A DNA stretch of 64,000 bases from an uncultured Ignavibacteriaceae bacterium (GTDB taxonomy: Bacteria > Bacteroidota > Ignavibacteria > Tepidaquicellales > Tepidaquicellaceae), in the NCBI GenBank assembly GCA_964400285.1, contig CAYNTK010000009.1, positions 32,494 to 96,493 on the forward strand, read 5' to 3'. A program made the position numbers and the translations under genes. The notes below the pieces were generated by a model. The model ran no database searches. It was not told the origin of the DNA and worked only from the letters and a program-made list of their open reading frames with translations. Of this stretch, positions 46,950-57,417 are shown one piece after another; the stretch's first letter is position 1; every line of letters begins with the position of its first letter.

Positions 46950-47594
46950 CTATTTAAAAAATGGAAGAATAATAAGTCCTATTCCAAGTGATAAGTCCGT
47001 AACATCTGATTTTGTCTCATTAAACATAAATGTATGACGAAGTTTAAAATAAGGAGTTATACCTAACCCTTCACCGAATGGCACAAACATATTAAGAGAT
47101 ATCTGTGGAAAAATTCCACTTTTTCTTGTATCTGTAAAGTATCCCCCTCCAATTCCAGTTGTAAAAGCAATAAAATCTCCTGAATGAATTGGTAAATCTA
47201 TATTTAAAAAACCTCTTAAATGATTTTTATTTTCGGCTCGGAAAATATAAGAATATTCAAAGCCCATTCTACCTATTGCTCCAAAATTTTTTGTTCTAAT
47301 AAAAGGAAATACAGCAGATACCTCTTTTGTTAGACCGAAGTTTACTTTTTCATTTTCGTAAACAATCATTGGATTCAGCGGCCATGCTAATAATAAAATT
47401 GAAGATGTTGTGTTTAATACTTGTAACTTTTGAAAAATTATGCTCTCAAATTCATTTTGATGTTTTAAATTTAAATTAATTAATGGATTTTCAGATTCTT
47501 TTTTTAATGTTAAATCAAAGTTCGTGTTTCCTTGCGAAAAAGAATTATGAAAATAAAAACTTAATAACATTAAAATCGTATAAAATGTTTTCAT
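46950..47594 (-). CDS. hypothetical secreted protein, possibly an outer-membrane beta-barrel
   Basis: Signal peptide. Alternating hydrophobic pattern, Gly/aromatic-rich, with a C-terminal aromatic cluster (LPFFK). Confidence 0.35.
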   Translation of the reverse strand: MKTFYTILMLLSFYFHNSFSQGNTNFDLTLKKESENPLINLNLKHQNEFESIIFQKLQVLNTTSSILLLAWPLNPMIVYENEKVNFGLTKEVSAVFPFIRTKNFGAIGRMGFEYSYIFRAENKNHLRGFLNIDLPIHSGDFIAFTTGIGGGYFTDTRKSGIFPQISLNMFVPFGEGLGITPYFKLRHTFMFNETKSDVTDLSLGIGLIILPFFK

Positions 47595-47760
47595 TGATTA
47601 AATAAAGTTTTTATTATTTAACAGCAAGTAAATATTATAGTTCCTTTAAACACACAAAAATTTTTATAAATAATAAAAATTGTTCCTTTACACTTTCCTT
47701 TTTTCTTTTTAACTTGAAATACTTCTTTACAAAAACTCGCTAAATAGTTTTTAAAATATT

Positions 47761-50700
47761 TTGAAGCAATTGAAAGAATTTATACATTTACATAATCATA
47801 CACATTATTCTCTGCTCGATGCAATTTGCACAGTTGACGGGCTTGTGCAGGCAGCGATTGATAACAATATGTCTGCAGTTGCTCTTACTGACCACGGAGT
47901 TATGTATGGTGCAATGGAATTTTACAAGAAATGCAAACAGAAAAATATAAAACCAATTGTCGGTTTTGAGACTTATGTAGTTCAATCAGGTACTCGATTT
48001 GATAGGGGAAATAAAATAAACACTAAAGCTTCAACCGCGGAAATTATTGATGTTAATGATGACGAAAAATTATCCACTTCTAATATTAATTATGCCCATC
48101 TAATTTTACTTGCTAAAAATGAAGTTGGATATAGAAATTTAATAAAAATAAATTCTATTGGCCATACTGAGGGACATTATTATAAACCACGCGTTGACCT
48201 TGAAGTTTTAAATCAATATAAAGACGGGATTGTTGCCTTATCTGCCTGTGTACATGGAGTTGTTTCCTGTTATATTGTCCGTAACGATTTAAAAATGGCA
48301 AAAAAAATGGCGGCAACATACAAAGAAATTTATGGTGAAGATTTTTATATTGAGCTACAAAACCACATTACTCTCGACTCTGAAAAAAAGGTTTTAAAAG
48401 AAGCCCCAAAGATTGCAAAAGAGCTGGGAATTAAAACAATAGCAACAAATGATGTTCATTACATTAAACAAAGACACGCAATAGCACATAACTTATATCT
48501 TCACTTGAGCGCCAAACAAACAAAAGGTGCGGAAACAGTTGATTTAACAGAAAATTTACGTTATGGAACAGACCAGATTTATTTTAAAACTACAAAAGAA
48601 ATGTGTGAGTTGTTTAAAAATTTTCCTGAAGCAATACAATCAACACTTGAAGTAACTGAAAAATGTAATCTCGAACTTGACTTGTCAAAAAAATTTATGC
48701 CTGCTTATAAAATACCTGTAAGCAGTGATGCTAAAACACTTGATGAATATCTTGAGAAAATTTCTTGGGAGGGTTTAAGAAGAAAATTTAAAAAAATTAC
48801 CATAGAAGTTGAAGAAAGATTGAAATATGAACTTGACGTAATAAAAAAGATGAATTTCTCGGGCTACTTTTTAATTGTTCAAGATTTTATTAAAACTGCA
48901 AAAGAAAGAGGCATCCTTGTTGGACCAGGGCGTGGTAGTGCAGCTGGAAGCTTAGTTTGTTATTGTATAGGTATCACAAGCGTTAATCCTCTCGAATTTA
49001 ATCTTCTCTTTGAAAGATTTTTGAACCCCGAAAGAATTTCGATGCCTGATATAGATATTGATTTTCAAGACGACAGAAGAGATGAAGTAATCCAGTATGC
49101 TAAAGAAACTTATGGTGAGAATTCAGTTGCTCAGATTATAACTTTTAATAGATTAGCACCAAGAGGCGTTTTGAAAGATGTAGGAAGAGTTTTAAATTTT
49201 CCATATCAGGAAATTAACGAATTAACTAAGCTTATTCCAATACTTTTTGGTAAAGTGAAACCTCTTGCGGAATGTATGAAAGAAGTAAAAGAGTTTCAAG
49301 CGTATTTCAATAACCCTGATAAAATAATTGAACAAAATAGAAAAGCGTTATTCGACTATGCTCAAACACTTGAAAATCTTAATAAAAATTCTTCTATACA
49401 TGCCTCGGGTGTGGTTATAGCTCCTTCTGATGTAACAGACTATGTTCCACTTTCAAGGGCTGCTGGGGAGGAAAATGCTTTCTGTACACAATATGATATG
49501 AATCAGCTTGAAGATGCTGGACTAATTAAAATTGATTTTCTTGGTTTAAAAGAATTAAAAGTAATTAGCAAAACTCTAAATCTGATTAATAAGAGATTTA
49601 ATAAAAATCTTTCTATTGACAATATTCCACTTGATGATACTAAAACTTATAAACTCTTTTCTTCTGGAGCAACAACAGGAATTTTTCAGTTTTCAAAAGA
49701 TAAAATGAAAGAATATCTCTCGAAAATGAAACCTAAAAATATAAATGACCTTGCTATTATGAATGCGTTAAATAGACCAGGACCGATGAAGCTTATTCCG
49801 GATTTGATTGATAAAAGGTTCGGAAGAAAACCGATTACCTATATGCACCCGAAAATGGAAAATGCTTTAAAAGAGACTTATGGTATTATTATCTATCAAG
49901 AACAAGTTATGCAGATTGCTCGTGAAATTGCAGGGTTTTCCATGGCTCAAGCTGATAATATGAGAAAAGCAATGGGTAAAAAGATTAAAGAAAAAATGAA
50001 ACAAGTAAAAACTGATTTTGTAAATGGTTCAGTAAAAAATGGATTAAGTAAAAAATTAGCCGAAGATATTTTTGCATTAATATTTGATTTTGCTGATTAT
50101 GGATTTAATAAATCTCACGCAGTTGCTTACTCTTTTGTTTCTTATTATACAGCTTATCTTAAAGCAAATTATCCGGTTGAATTTCTTGCTGTTTCTATGG
50201 AGTGCAGAAAAGACGATGAAACGGAATTACAATACCTTGCCGAAGAGTGTCAGAGGCTTAAAATAAAAGTTCGACAGCCGGATATTAATTTAAGTGAGCT
50301 CGGATTTACTGTTTATTATGGTAACGACGAAAATAAAACAGGTGAAATAATATATGGTCTAAGTGCAATCAAAAATGTCGGCGAGAAAGCTTCGGATGTA
50401 ATTATCAAGGAAAGAGAATTAAATGGTGAATACAAAAGTTTCATAGATTTTCTTATAAGAGTTGATTTGAGGCTTGTAAATAAAAAGACCATTGAAGGGC
50501 TGATTTATGCAGGTGCATTTGATAGTATCGAAGAAAATAGGAGAAAATTGTTTTTCAACCTTGAAAGGGCAACTCTATATGCACAAAGATTTAAAGAATT
50601 ACCCCAATCAAAAGGTCAGGAAGGTTTATTCCTAACGTCACAAAATACTAACAATGGCTTTGGTGATTTAAAACTTCAGGACTATGAAGAATTTTCGGAA

Positions 50701-51333
50701 ATTGAAAAGCTAAATCTTGAAAGGGCTGCAATTGGATTTTATGTCTCTGGTCACCCGCTGGAAAAATTTAGAAAAGACATTAAAGCCCACATCACTTTAA
50801 GTTTTGGTAGTGATGCGAGTGAAGAAGAAATTGACAGGATGAGTACAGCGAAAATGTGCGGAGTAATAAGTGATTTGCAAATAAGGTCATCAAAAAAGGG
50901 AAAAAAATTTGTTGTTTTCAATCTTCTTGATTTATATGGAACAGGCGAATGTATTGCCTTTAGTAACTTATTCGAGTCAAAGCAATTTTTATTCAAAAAT
51001 GATAATCTTGTTTTTGTCGAGGGGAAACCAGAAAAAAACGGAGAAAAAATAAAACTTGTCGTTGATAACATTTATCCAATGGAAAGAATTCACGAGCACC
51101 TCGGGCAAAATTTAACAATAAATCTGCAAGAGGAAAAAACTACTTATGATGTTTTGAAAAAAATTAAAAAACTTGTTGAGAATTATCCAGGGAATTGTTA
51201 TTTGTTTTTTAATATTAACGGTAATGGTATTAATAAATTATTTAAATCGAAAGAGTTTAAAGTAAATCCAACTTCGGAATTAATTTCCAACTTGAAAAAG
51301 TTAGTTGGAGAACATAACTTGAATATAAATTAA
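47761..51333 (+). CDS. dnaE: DNA polymerase III alpha subunit
   Basis: PHP domain HLHNHTHYSLLDA. Polymerase core GRGSAAGSLVCYCIGIT and PDIDIDF. OB-fold region. TTG start; there is no in-frame ATG upstream of the PHP motif. Confidence 0.95.
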   Translation: MKQLKEFIHLHNHTHYSLLDAICTVDGLVQAAIDNNMSAVALTDHGVMYGAMEFYKKCKQKNIKPIVGFETYVVQSGTRFDRGNKINTKASTAEIIDVNDDEKLSTSNINYAHLILLAKNEVGYRNLIKINSIGHTEGHYYKPRVDLEVLNQYKDGIVALSACVHGVVSCYIVRNDLKMAKKMAATYKEIYGEDFYIELQNHITLDSEKKVLKEAPKIAKELGIKTIATNDVHYIKQRHAIAHNLYLHLSAKQTKGAETVDLTENLRYGTDQIYFKTTKEMCELFKNFPEAIQSTLEVTEKCNLELDLSKKFMPAYKIPVSSDAKTLDEYLEKISWEGLRRKFKKITIEVEERLKYELDVIKKMNFSGYFLIVQDFIKTAKERGILVGPGRGSAAGSLVCYCIGITSVNPLEFNLLFERFLNPERISMPDIDIDFQDDRRDEVIQYAKETYGENSVAQIITFNRLAPRGVLKDVGRVLNFPYQEINELTKLIPILFGKVKPLAECMKEVKEFQAYFNNPDKIIEQNRKALFDYAQTLENLNKNSSIHASGVVIAPSDVTDYVPLSRAAGEENAFCTQYDMNQLEDAGLIKIDFLGLKELKVISKTLNLINKRFNKNLSIDNIPLDDTKTYKLFSSGATTGIFQFSKDKMKEYLSKMKPKNINDLAIMNALNRPGPMKLIPDLIDKRFGRKPITYMHPKMENALKETYGIIIYQEQVMQIAREIAGFSMAQADNMRKAMGKKIKEKMKQVKTDFVNGSVKNGLSKKLAEDIFALIFDFADYGFNKSHAVAYSFVSYYTAYLKANYPVEFLAVSMECRKDDETELQYLAEECQRLKIKVRQPDINLSELGFTVYYGNDENKTGEIIYGLSAIKNVGEKASDVIIKERELNGEYKSFIDFLIRVDLRLVNKKTIEGLIYAGAFDSIEENRRKLFFNLERATLYAQRFKELPQSKGQEGLFLTSQNTNNGFGDLKLQDYEEFSEIEKLNLERAAIGFYVSGHPLEKFRKDIKAHITLSFGSDASEEEIDRMSTAKMCGVISDLQIRSSKKGKKFVVFNLLDLYGTGECIAFSNLFESKQFLFKNDNLVFVEGKPEKNGEKIKLVVDNIYPMERIHEHLGQNLTINLQEEKTTYDVLKKIKKLVENYPGNCYLFFNINGNGINKLFKSKEFKVNPTSELISNLKKLVGEHNLNIN

Positions 51334-51377
51334 CCATAATTACAATCTATAAATTTAAATCAGTGAAAGGATAAACA

Positions 51378-51701
51378 ATGCATCCATTAGAAATTACAGA
51401 TGCTAATTTTGCACAAGAAGTAGAACAGTCAGATATCCCGGTTTTATTGGATTTTTGGGCTGTGTGGTGTGGACCATGCAGAATGATTGCACCAATTGTA
51501 GAGGAGCTTGCTGGTGAATATCAGGGGAAGGCAAAAATTGGAAAGCTTGATGTTGATAGTAATCCAAGTGTAGCAACCAAATTCGGAATCAGAAGTATTC
51601 CAACACTTTTAATATTTAAAGGTGGTAAACTTGTTGACCAGATAGTTGGTGCGGTACCTAAAGGTGTTATTGTCGAAAAGCTTAACGCACAACTGAATTA
51701 A
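51378..51701 (+). CDS. trxA: thioredoxin
   Basis: 107 aa with the WCGPC active site and typical flanks (VLLDFWAVWCGPCRMIAP, IRSIPTLLIFKGG). Confidence 0.95.
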   Translation: MHPLEITDANFAQEVEQSDIPVLLDFWAVWCGPCRMIAPIVEELAGEYQGKAKIGKLDVDSNPSVATKFGIRSIPTLLIFKGGKLVDQIVGAVPKGVIVEKLNAQLN

Positions 51702-51707
51702 TTTTTT

Positions 51708-51738
51708 CGTTCCCGGTTATCCCGGGAACGAGATTTTT
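51708..51738 (+). terminator. rho-independent terminator of trxA
   Basis: cgttcccgg-ttatc-ccgggaacg is a perfect 9-bp GC-rich stem followed by agattttt. It starts 7 nt after the trxA stop. Confidence 0.75.
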
Positions 51739-52153
51739 ACTCTCCAATTATTTTTACCAATACTCTTTTAGAGCGTTTGCCGTCAAATTCACCGTAGAAT
51801 ATCTGTTCCCATGGCCCGAAATCAAGTTTCCCATCTGTTATAGCTACTACAACTTCTCTTCCCATAATAGTTCTTTTTAAGTGTGCATCTGCATTATCTT
51901 CAAAACCATTGTGTTGGTATTGTGAATAAGGCTTTTCAGGTGCGAGTTTTTCGAGCCATTTTTCAAAGTCGTTATGTAATCCCGATTCATCATCATTTAT
52001 AAATACGCTTGCCGTTATATGCATTGCATTACAAAGCAATAACCCTTCTTTTATTCCGCTTTCCAAAATGCAATTCTCGACTTCGGGAGTAATATTAATT
52101 AATTCCCTTCGCTTTTTTGTGTTGAACCATAATTCTTTTCTGTAAGCTTTCAT
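51737..52153 (-). CDS. YjbQ/UPF0047 family protein, copy 2
   Basis: [48 protein letters not shown] and [13 protein letters not shown] are the same family blocks as in 9069-9491. Confidence 0.85.
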   Translation of the reverse strand: MKAYRKELWFNTKKRRELINITPEVENCILESGIKEGLLLCNAMHITASVFINDDESGLHNDFEKWLEKLAPEKPYSQYQHNGFEDNADAHLKRTIMGREVVVAITDGKLDFGPWEQIFYGEFDGKRSKRVLVKIIGE

Positions 52154-52237
52154 ATAACTTTCTCTCTAAAAATTTTGTTTATAATATTGAGATTATTTTA
52201 TATAAAAAATGTAAATATTTAAGGAAAAATATTAAGA

Positions 52238-53470
52238 ATGAAGAAAAAAATTGTTGTTTTAGGAACAGGCTTTTCTGCGTTTCGCTTTTTGAAAAAAATT
52301 GATAAAATTAAATATAATGTTATTGTCGTTAGTCCCAGAAACCATTTTCTTTTTACCCCGCTTCTTCCAAGCACAACCGTAGGAACTGTTGAGTTCAGAA
52401 GCATTATAGAACCAATTAGAAACATGGATAAAGTAACATATCACCAAGCATATTGTAAACAAATAGATGAAAATAATAAAAAGGTTATATGTGAAGACAG
52501 TGATACAAAAAAGGTTTTTGAAATTGAATATGATTTTCTTGTAATTGCAGTAGGGGAAGTAACGAATACTTTTAATATTGAAGGTGTAAAAGAACACGCT
52601 TTATTTTTAAAAGAACTATCTGATGCAAGAAAAATAAGAACAAAAATTATTGACTGCTTTGAAAACGCTTGCTTACCTAATTTAAACGAGGAAGAAAAAA
52701 GGAAATTCTTAAGATTCGTAGTGTGTGGCGGTGGTCCTACGGGTGTCGAATTTGCAGCCGAAATGTATGACTTTATTGAAAAAGATGTTAAAAAAAGATA
52801 TAAAGAACTTACCAATCTTGTTGAAATTGTATTAATTGAAGCAAGGGAAACTTTGCTCGCAACTTTTGATAAAAAACTTAGTGAGTATACAATGAAAATT
52901 TTTAAACGACAAAATATTATATTAAAAACAAAATCTTTTGTCTTTAGAGTAACTGTAAATAAAATATTTTTATTGGATGGAACTGAAATGAATTATGGAA
53001 CGCTTGTTTGGGTTACCGGAAATACCGCAACTGAATTTGTCCTAAAATCAAATTTCGAAAAAGATAATAAAGGGAAGATATTTGTAAATGAATTTTTTAA
53101 AATAAAAAAAGACGAAAAGAATTACTATAATGATATTTTTGCAATTGGAGATTGTACACATATGATTACTGGTGAACTGCCCGCAACGGCACAGGTAGCA
53201 CAACAACAAGGATTATTTCTTGCAAAGTATTTGAATAGGGAAATGAAAGTAAAGGAATCATTTAAATACAAAAATCTTGGTATGCTTGCTTATATAGGAG
53301 GACATAAAGCTCTTGCGGATACACCACAGTTTAAAGGAACAGGATTTAAGACATTTGTCTTATGGAGAAGCGCCTACTTGACAAAACTTGTGAGCTTTAA
53401 AAATAAATTACTTGTAATTTTCGATTGGACAAAAACATTTCTTTTTGGAAGAGATGTTAGTAATTTTTAA
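52238..53470 (+). CDS. ndh: type II NADH:quinone oxidoreductase (NDH-2) family flavoprotein
   Basis: Two dinucleotide-binding motifs (IVVLGTGFSAF and FVVCGGGPTGVEFA). AIGDC. Quinone-side C-terminal region. Confidence 0.85.
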   Translation: MKKKIVVLGTGFSAFRFLKKIDKIKYNVIVVSPRNHFLFTPLLPSTTVGTVEFRSIIEPIRNMDKVTYHQAYCKQIDENNKKVICEDSDTKKVFEIEYDFLVIAVGEVTNTFNIEGVKEHALFLKELSDARKIRTKIIDCFENACLPNLNEEEKRKFLRFVVCGGGPTGVEFAAEMYDFIEKDVKKRYKELTNLVEIVLIEARETLLATFDKKLSEYTMKIFKRQNIILKTKSFVFRVTVNKIFLLDGTEMNYGTLVWVTGNTATEFVLKSNFEKDNKGKIFVNEFFKIKKDEKNYYNDIFAIGDCTHMITGELPATAQVAQQQGLFLAKYLNREMKVKESFKYKNLGMLAYIGGHKALADTPQFKGTGFKTFVLWRSAYLTKLVSFKNKLLVIFDWTKTFLFGRDVSNF

Positions 53471-53471
53471 A

Positions 53472-54152
53472 TTAATTCATCAAAGCATAGACTATTATGT
53501 TTGTTCCCATTCTAAATGCCTCTTCCCGTTTTTCGGGTGGGTCTTGATGCTCCTGTGTATCAGCCCATCCATCTGAAATGTTTGTTTCGTATGTATAATA
53601 TACGCATAGACGACCGTTGTGAAATATCCCAAATCCCTGCGGAGGTTTACTGTCGTGTTCATGAATTTTCGGAAGACCATTAGGGAACGAGAAATGCGAA
53701 TTATAAATTTTGTGATTGAACGGAAGTTCCTGTAGCGGCTTATCGGGAAAGACTTTTTTTATTTCTCTTCTGAATGCAGTATCCATTCCGTAATCATCAT
53801 CTACATAAAGAAACCCACCCGACTCACAATATTTTTTTAATCTTGCGACTTCGCTTTGAGAAAATTCTATATTACCATGTCCCGTTAATAAAATAAACGG
53901 GTAATTAAAAATATCATCTGAAGATATATCTACAGTATAAAATTTTGAGATATCAACATCTATTGTTGTGTTCTTTTTTAGGTATTCCATCATATTTACT
54001 TCTGCCGAAGGGTCGTTATACCAATCTCCACCACCGGAATATTTCAGTCGTGCGATTCTGAATTTTGAACTTGGTTTATCAGACTGTTGTGAAAAAGTAT
54101 CTGACGAATAAACAAAAATTACTATTAATATTAAAAATAAAATTCTTTTCAT
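53472..54152 (-). CDS. DUF4159 domain-containing secreted protein
   Basis: FRIARLKYSGGGDWYNDPSAEVNMMEYL, FILLTGHGNIEFS and GGFLYVDDDYG match DUF4159 blocks as I recall them. Confidence 0.7.
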   Translation of the reverse strand: MKRILFLILIVIFVYSSDTFSQQSDKPSSKFRIARLKYSGGGDWYNDPSAEVNMMEYLKKNTTIDVDISKFYTVDISSDDIFNYPFILLTGHGNIEFSQSEVARLKKYCESGGFLYVDDDYGMDTAFRREIKKVFPDKPLQELPFNHKIYNSHFSFPNGLPKIHEHDSKPPQGFGIFHNGRLCVYYTYETNISDGWADTQEHQDPPEKREEAFRMGTNIIVYALMN

Positions 54153-54913
54153 TTTATTCTCGGAAGTTCAAGCGATGTATCGATTCTTTCTATATCTCTC
54201 CATATTGCCTGACAGGGAAATTTATTTTCATAAAGTGAGCGTGATATCATTACGGAATCTATACTCGGATGTTTTAAATCTGTCAAAGATTTTAAATGAG
54301 AATAATTTCCTATCCCACCTGCTGCAGTTATTTTCAATTTAGTATTATTTGCGATCTCCAACAATCTTTCCAAAAAAGGTCCCGATAAATTTCCTACACG
54401 AGTAACATCTTGATATATAATCCTTTTTACCCCAAGAGATTCCATATACTTTGCAAAATCATTTGGAGTAATATTCGCATAGTTTATCCACCCATTTGTT
54501 ACGACATTGTTCAGTTTTTCATCGATTCCTATTACAAGTTTAGAAGGAGAAAATTCATTTAAAATCCTAATTACCAAATCAGGATTCTGTATTGCTGCAG
54601 TTCCAATCACAATTCTATATACACCAAGTTCTTCTATCATTCTTCTCGCAGATTCGAAATCTCTAATTCCACCTCCGAGTTGTATAGGTATATCCACAGA
54701 GCGTGTAATTTCTTTGATTATAGGATAATTGTGCATTTCTCCAAACACTGCACCATCAAGGTCTGTAATATGTATTGCCTTAAAATTTTCTTTTCGAAAT
54801 AATTTAGCAACGTTTAAAGGAGTATCACAGTAATAATGAGTTTCTTCTTCAAGCCCGTGGATTGCTCTAACGCATTTCCCATTCTTTATATCTATTACAG
54901 GTATTACAAGCAT
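54149..54913 (-). CDS. HisA/HisF-family (beta/alpha)8 barrel protein, HisA-like
   Basis: VIPVIDIKNGKCVR, HITDLDGA, IPIQLGGGIR, IVIGTAA, IGIDEK, GVKRIIYQDVTRVGNLSGP. No other his genes are nearby. Confidence 0.75.
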   Translation of the reverse strand: MLVIPVIDIKNGKCVRAIHGLEEETHYYCDTPLNVAKLFRKENFKAIHITDLDGAVFGEMHNYPIIKEITRSVDIPIQLGGGIRDFESARRMIEELGVYRIVIGTAAIQNPDLVIRILNEFSPSKLVIGIDEKLNNVVTNGWINYANITPNDFAKYMESLGVKRIIYQDVTRVGNLSGPFLERLLEIANNTKLKITAAGGIGNYSHLKSLTDLKHPSIDSVMISRSLYENKFPCQAIWRDIERIDTSLELPRIK

Positions 54914-54916
54914 ATT

Positions 54917-57211
54917 TTATTTTCTTATCACTGCTAATTTACCTGTTCCTACTTTACTTCCATCTTTATTATATGCAACAACAATATAAATTCCTGTTGA
55001 AACAAGTTTGCCTTTTTTATCTGTTCCGTTCCATTGATCGTCAATCCTGCCCGGCCTTGCAGTAAATTCTGCAACTACCTCGCCGTTTAAGGTAATGATT
55101 TTTATTGTAGAATTTTCAACAAGACCATCTATTATTAAAGTTGGACTTTTTGATGATGGAATTATATATGGATTTGGTTTGCAAATTATTTTATCGAATT
55201 TCTCAACCGGCTGTATTGCATTGGTCTCAATCGAAGATAAACCGTATAATGTTGCGAAATATGCTCTTCCGGTTTTTCCACTTACTACAATTGAATTTAC
55301 AGAATTAGATAAAATTGGACTGTTTGAAGTATTAAATTGCTCTATTAATGTAGTCCCATCTTCTGAAAAATGAAAAACGCCATTGGATTCTGTACCTATC
55401 CATTTTTCGTTTAAAACGTCTACGGTAATAGTTTTACAGTTTTCTGTAAATGGGACTTTAAGATTTCCTGAAATAATACCGAGTTTGTAAAAAGCAGGTT
55501 TGTTATTTGGATTTTGTATTGCACCTAAAGGGTTATCCAGAATATATACTCCGTTATTAGTAGTTACCCAAACTGTATTGTTTTTATCTATTATTACATG
55601 TGTGATAGTATTAATATCACCGTAATCAGCAGTGCTATAAAACCCATATACATCGTCGTTTGGTTCAAAAATTGTTCCGTTTTCATTATAAAAATATAAG
55701 CCATATTGTCCAGTTGAAACAATCCATTTTGTGTTATAATTATCAATTGCCATAGAACCGAAATGAGCACCACTACTTATAATGGGTGAATTTGTAATAC
55801 CTGTTAATAAAGTATCATTTAAATGTACGTATATCATTTTTGAATTATTTGTCCCATAAAAAGTCATCCAAAAATATCCATTGTTGTCAAATGCACCCCC
55901 ATAAGGCACACAAAAGTTTGGATAACCAGGAACTCCAGGAAGAATTGAGTCAATAGTGCTGTAATTCCGAATAACATTATTTTTTATTAATGTTGCCCCC
56001 CCTCCCCAAGACAAAGCCCATATCGCATTATCACCACAAATAACTTTTCTAAAGTCATTTGTATTTCCAATTAGTGGGTTTTGTTCTTTTGTAAAGTTAG
56101 ACCAGTTCAAACCATCGAATTTATAGAACCCACCATCGAATAATCCACTCGCCGCCCAAATATTTCCATAGGTATCTTCGCTTATGTACTCGAAAGAATT
56201 TCTGTTCGGACAATTTGGAGCAATATAAGTAAAATTGCTATTAACTTTGACATATATTCCCTTTTCAGAAATTCCAATTATTGGATTCTGATTGTTATCC
56301 GATATGATTACATTGCACACATCATTAGTATTATAGGGTAATACGTTAACTAACGAATCTATATGAGCCGAGTATGCTTTGTTATTTGAAATAAAATATA
56401 ATCTGTTCCCAACCGGCGAAATACTTTTTATAAATGTATTTGCAAAATCTGGGTTAGGATATGTAACCCAATATGAACCGTCATAATAAACAAATCCAGT
56501 ATTACTGCCTACAAATACGTATCCATTGAATGATTTAATTGTTTTAACATTTGCATTTAGTGGTGCTATGTTGTAATTTGTCCAAGATGAAGGATTGTTA
56601 AGATTCGAGTTGACAAAATCTGCGTAAGCAACACCCGAAACTGTTGCAGCAAAAATTTTATTGTTTAATATTGTTAAATCAAATACAGCTGATTTGGAAT
56701 TGTAACTACCTAATTGATAATATGGAGCATCAATGAAGTTATATGTACCTGTAGAAATTTTTATAATTCCAAAATTGGTAGCTACGAAAATAAAACTCCC
56801 ATACGTAATGAATGCATTTATTCCTTTGCTTGTCTCTGTAGAGTTTTTGATATCTAAAATATACCTGAAGGTCGAGTTCGTGTTGTCTAATATACATATT
56901 GAACCGTCTGATGAGCCAATCCATATTTTATTTTGATTGTCTACAGTAAGGGCTGTTATATTATTGCTTATTAAACCCTGAATATTTGTATATTGCTTTA
57001 TTATTGAACCATTATTTAAATCTGCCAAAAATAAACCACCAGTAGTTCCACAGTATGCAATTTGGGATTGTTTATCCATAGCAAGGCAGGTTATGTTTTT
57101 TAAATCTGTGAAATTAACCCACTTTTTTCTTGCAAAGACTGAGTTATAGGATATTATAAAAATGAAAAGAAGGGAAATAATTATGACTTTTGAACCTTTT
57201 TGTCTAATCAT
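54917..57211 (-). CDS. secreted beta-propeller protein (two-component-regulator-propeller-like repeats) with a T9SS/FlgD-Ig-like C-terminal domain
   Basis: Signal peptide. Many repeats of the ...W[IV]G[TS]..G[LIV].... type. The C-terminus has CKPNPYI...NGEVVAEF...WNGTDKKGKLVSTGIYIVVA. Confidence 0.7.
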   Translation of the reverse strand: MIRQKGSKVIIISLLFIFIISYNSVFARKKWVNFTDLKNITCLAMDKQSQIAYCGTTGGLFLADLNNGSIIKQYTNIQGLISNNITALTVDNQNKIWIGSSDGSICILDNTNSTFRYILDIKNSTETSKGINAFITYGSFIFVATNFGIIKISTGTYNFIDAPYYQLGSYNSKSAVFDLTILNNKIFAATVSGVAYADFVNSNLNNPSSWTNYNIAPLNANVKTIKSFNGYVFVGSNTGFVYYDGSYWVTYPNPDFANTFIKSISPVGNRLYFISNNKAYSAHIDSLVNVLPYNTNDVCNVIISDNNQNPIIGISEKGIYVKVNSNFTYIAPNCPNRNSFEYISEDTYGNIWAASGLFDGGFYKFDGLNWSNFTKEQNPLIGNTNDFRKVICGDNAIWALSWGGGATLIKNNVIRNYSTIDSILPGVPGYPNFCVPYGGAFDNNGYFWMTFYGTNNSKMIYVHLNDTLLTGITNSPIISSGAHFGSMAIDNYNTKWIVSTGQYGLYFYNENGTIFEPNDDVYGFYSTADYGDINTITHVIIDKNNTVWVTTNNGVYILDNPLGAIQNPNNKPAFYKLGIISGNLKVPFTENCKTITVDVLNEKWIGTESNGVFHFSEDGTTLIEQFNTSNSPILSNSVNSIVVSGKTGRAYFATLYGLSSIETNAIQPVEKFDKIICKPNPYIIPSSKSPTLIIDGLVENSTIKIITLNGEVVAEFTARPGRIDDQWNGTDKKGKLVSTGIYIVVAYNKDGSKVGTGKLAVIRK

Positions 57212-57417
57212 ATAAAAATGTTTTTATTTTAAAAATATCGTATATATGTCCCTATAATTCACATTTTATTTTTGCAATATGAAATATTTATTTAATAAAG
57301 TCAATTACTTTTATAAATGTAAAAAAAAATAATTAGCGTTTAAAAAAGTGTGTAAATAGATTTCTATTATATAGCATGGAAAAACGAATTTATAATAATT
57401 TTCTAGCAAATCTCAAA

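Noticed and set aside
52219-52815. Three minus-strand ORFs overlapping ndh
   Set aside because: They are antisense to an NDH-2 gene with two clear dinucleotide-binding motifs.
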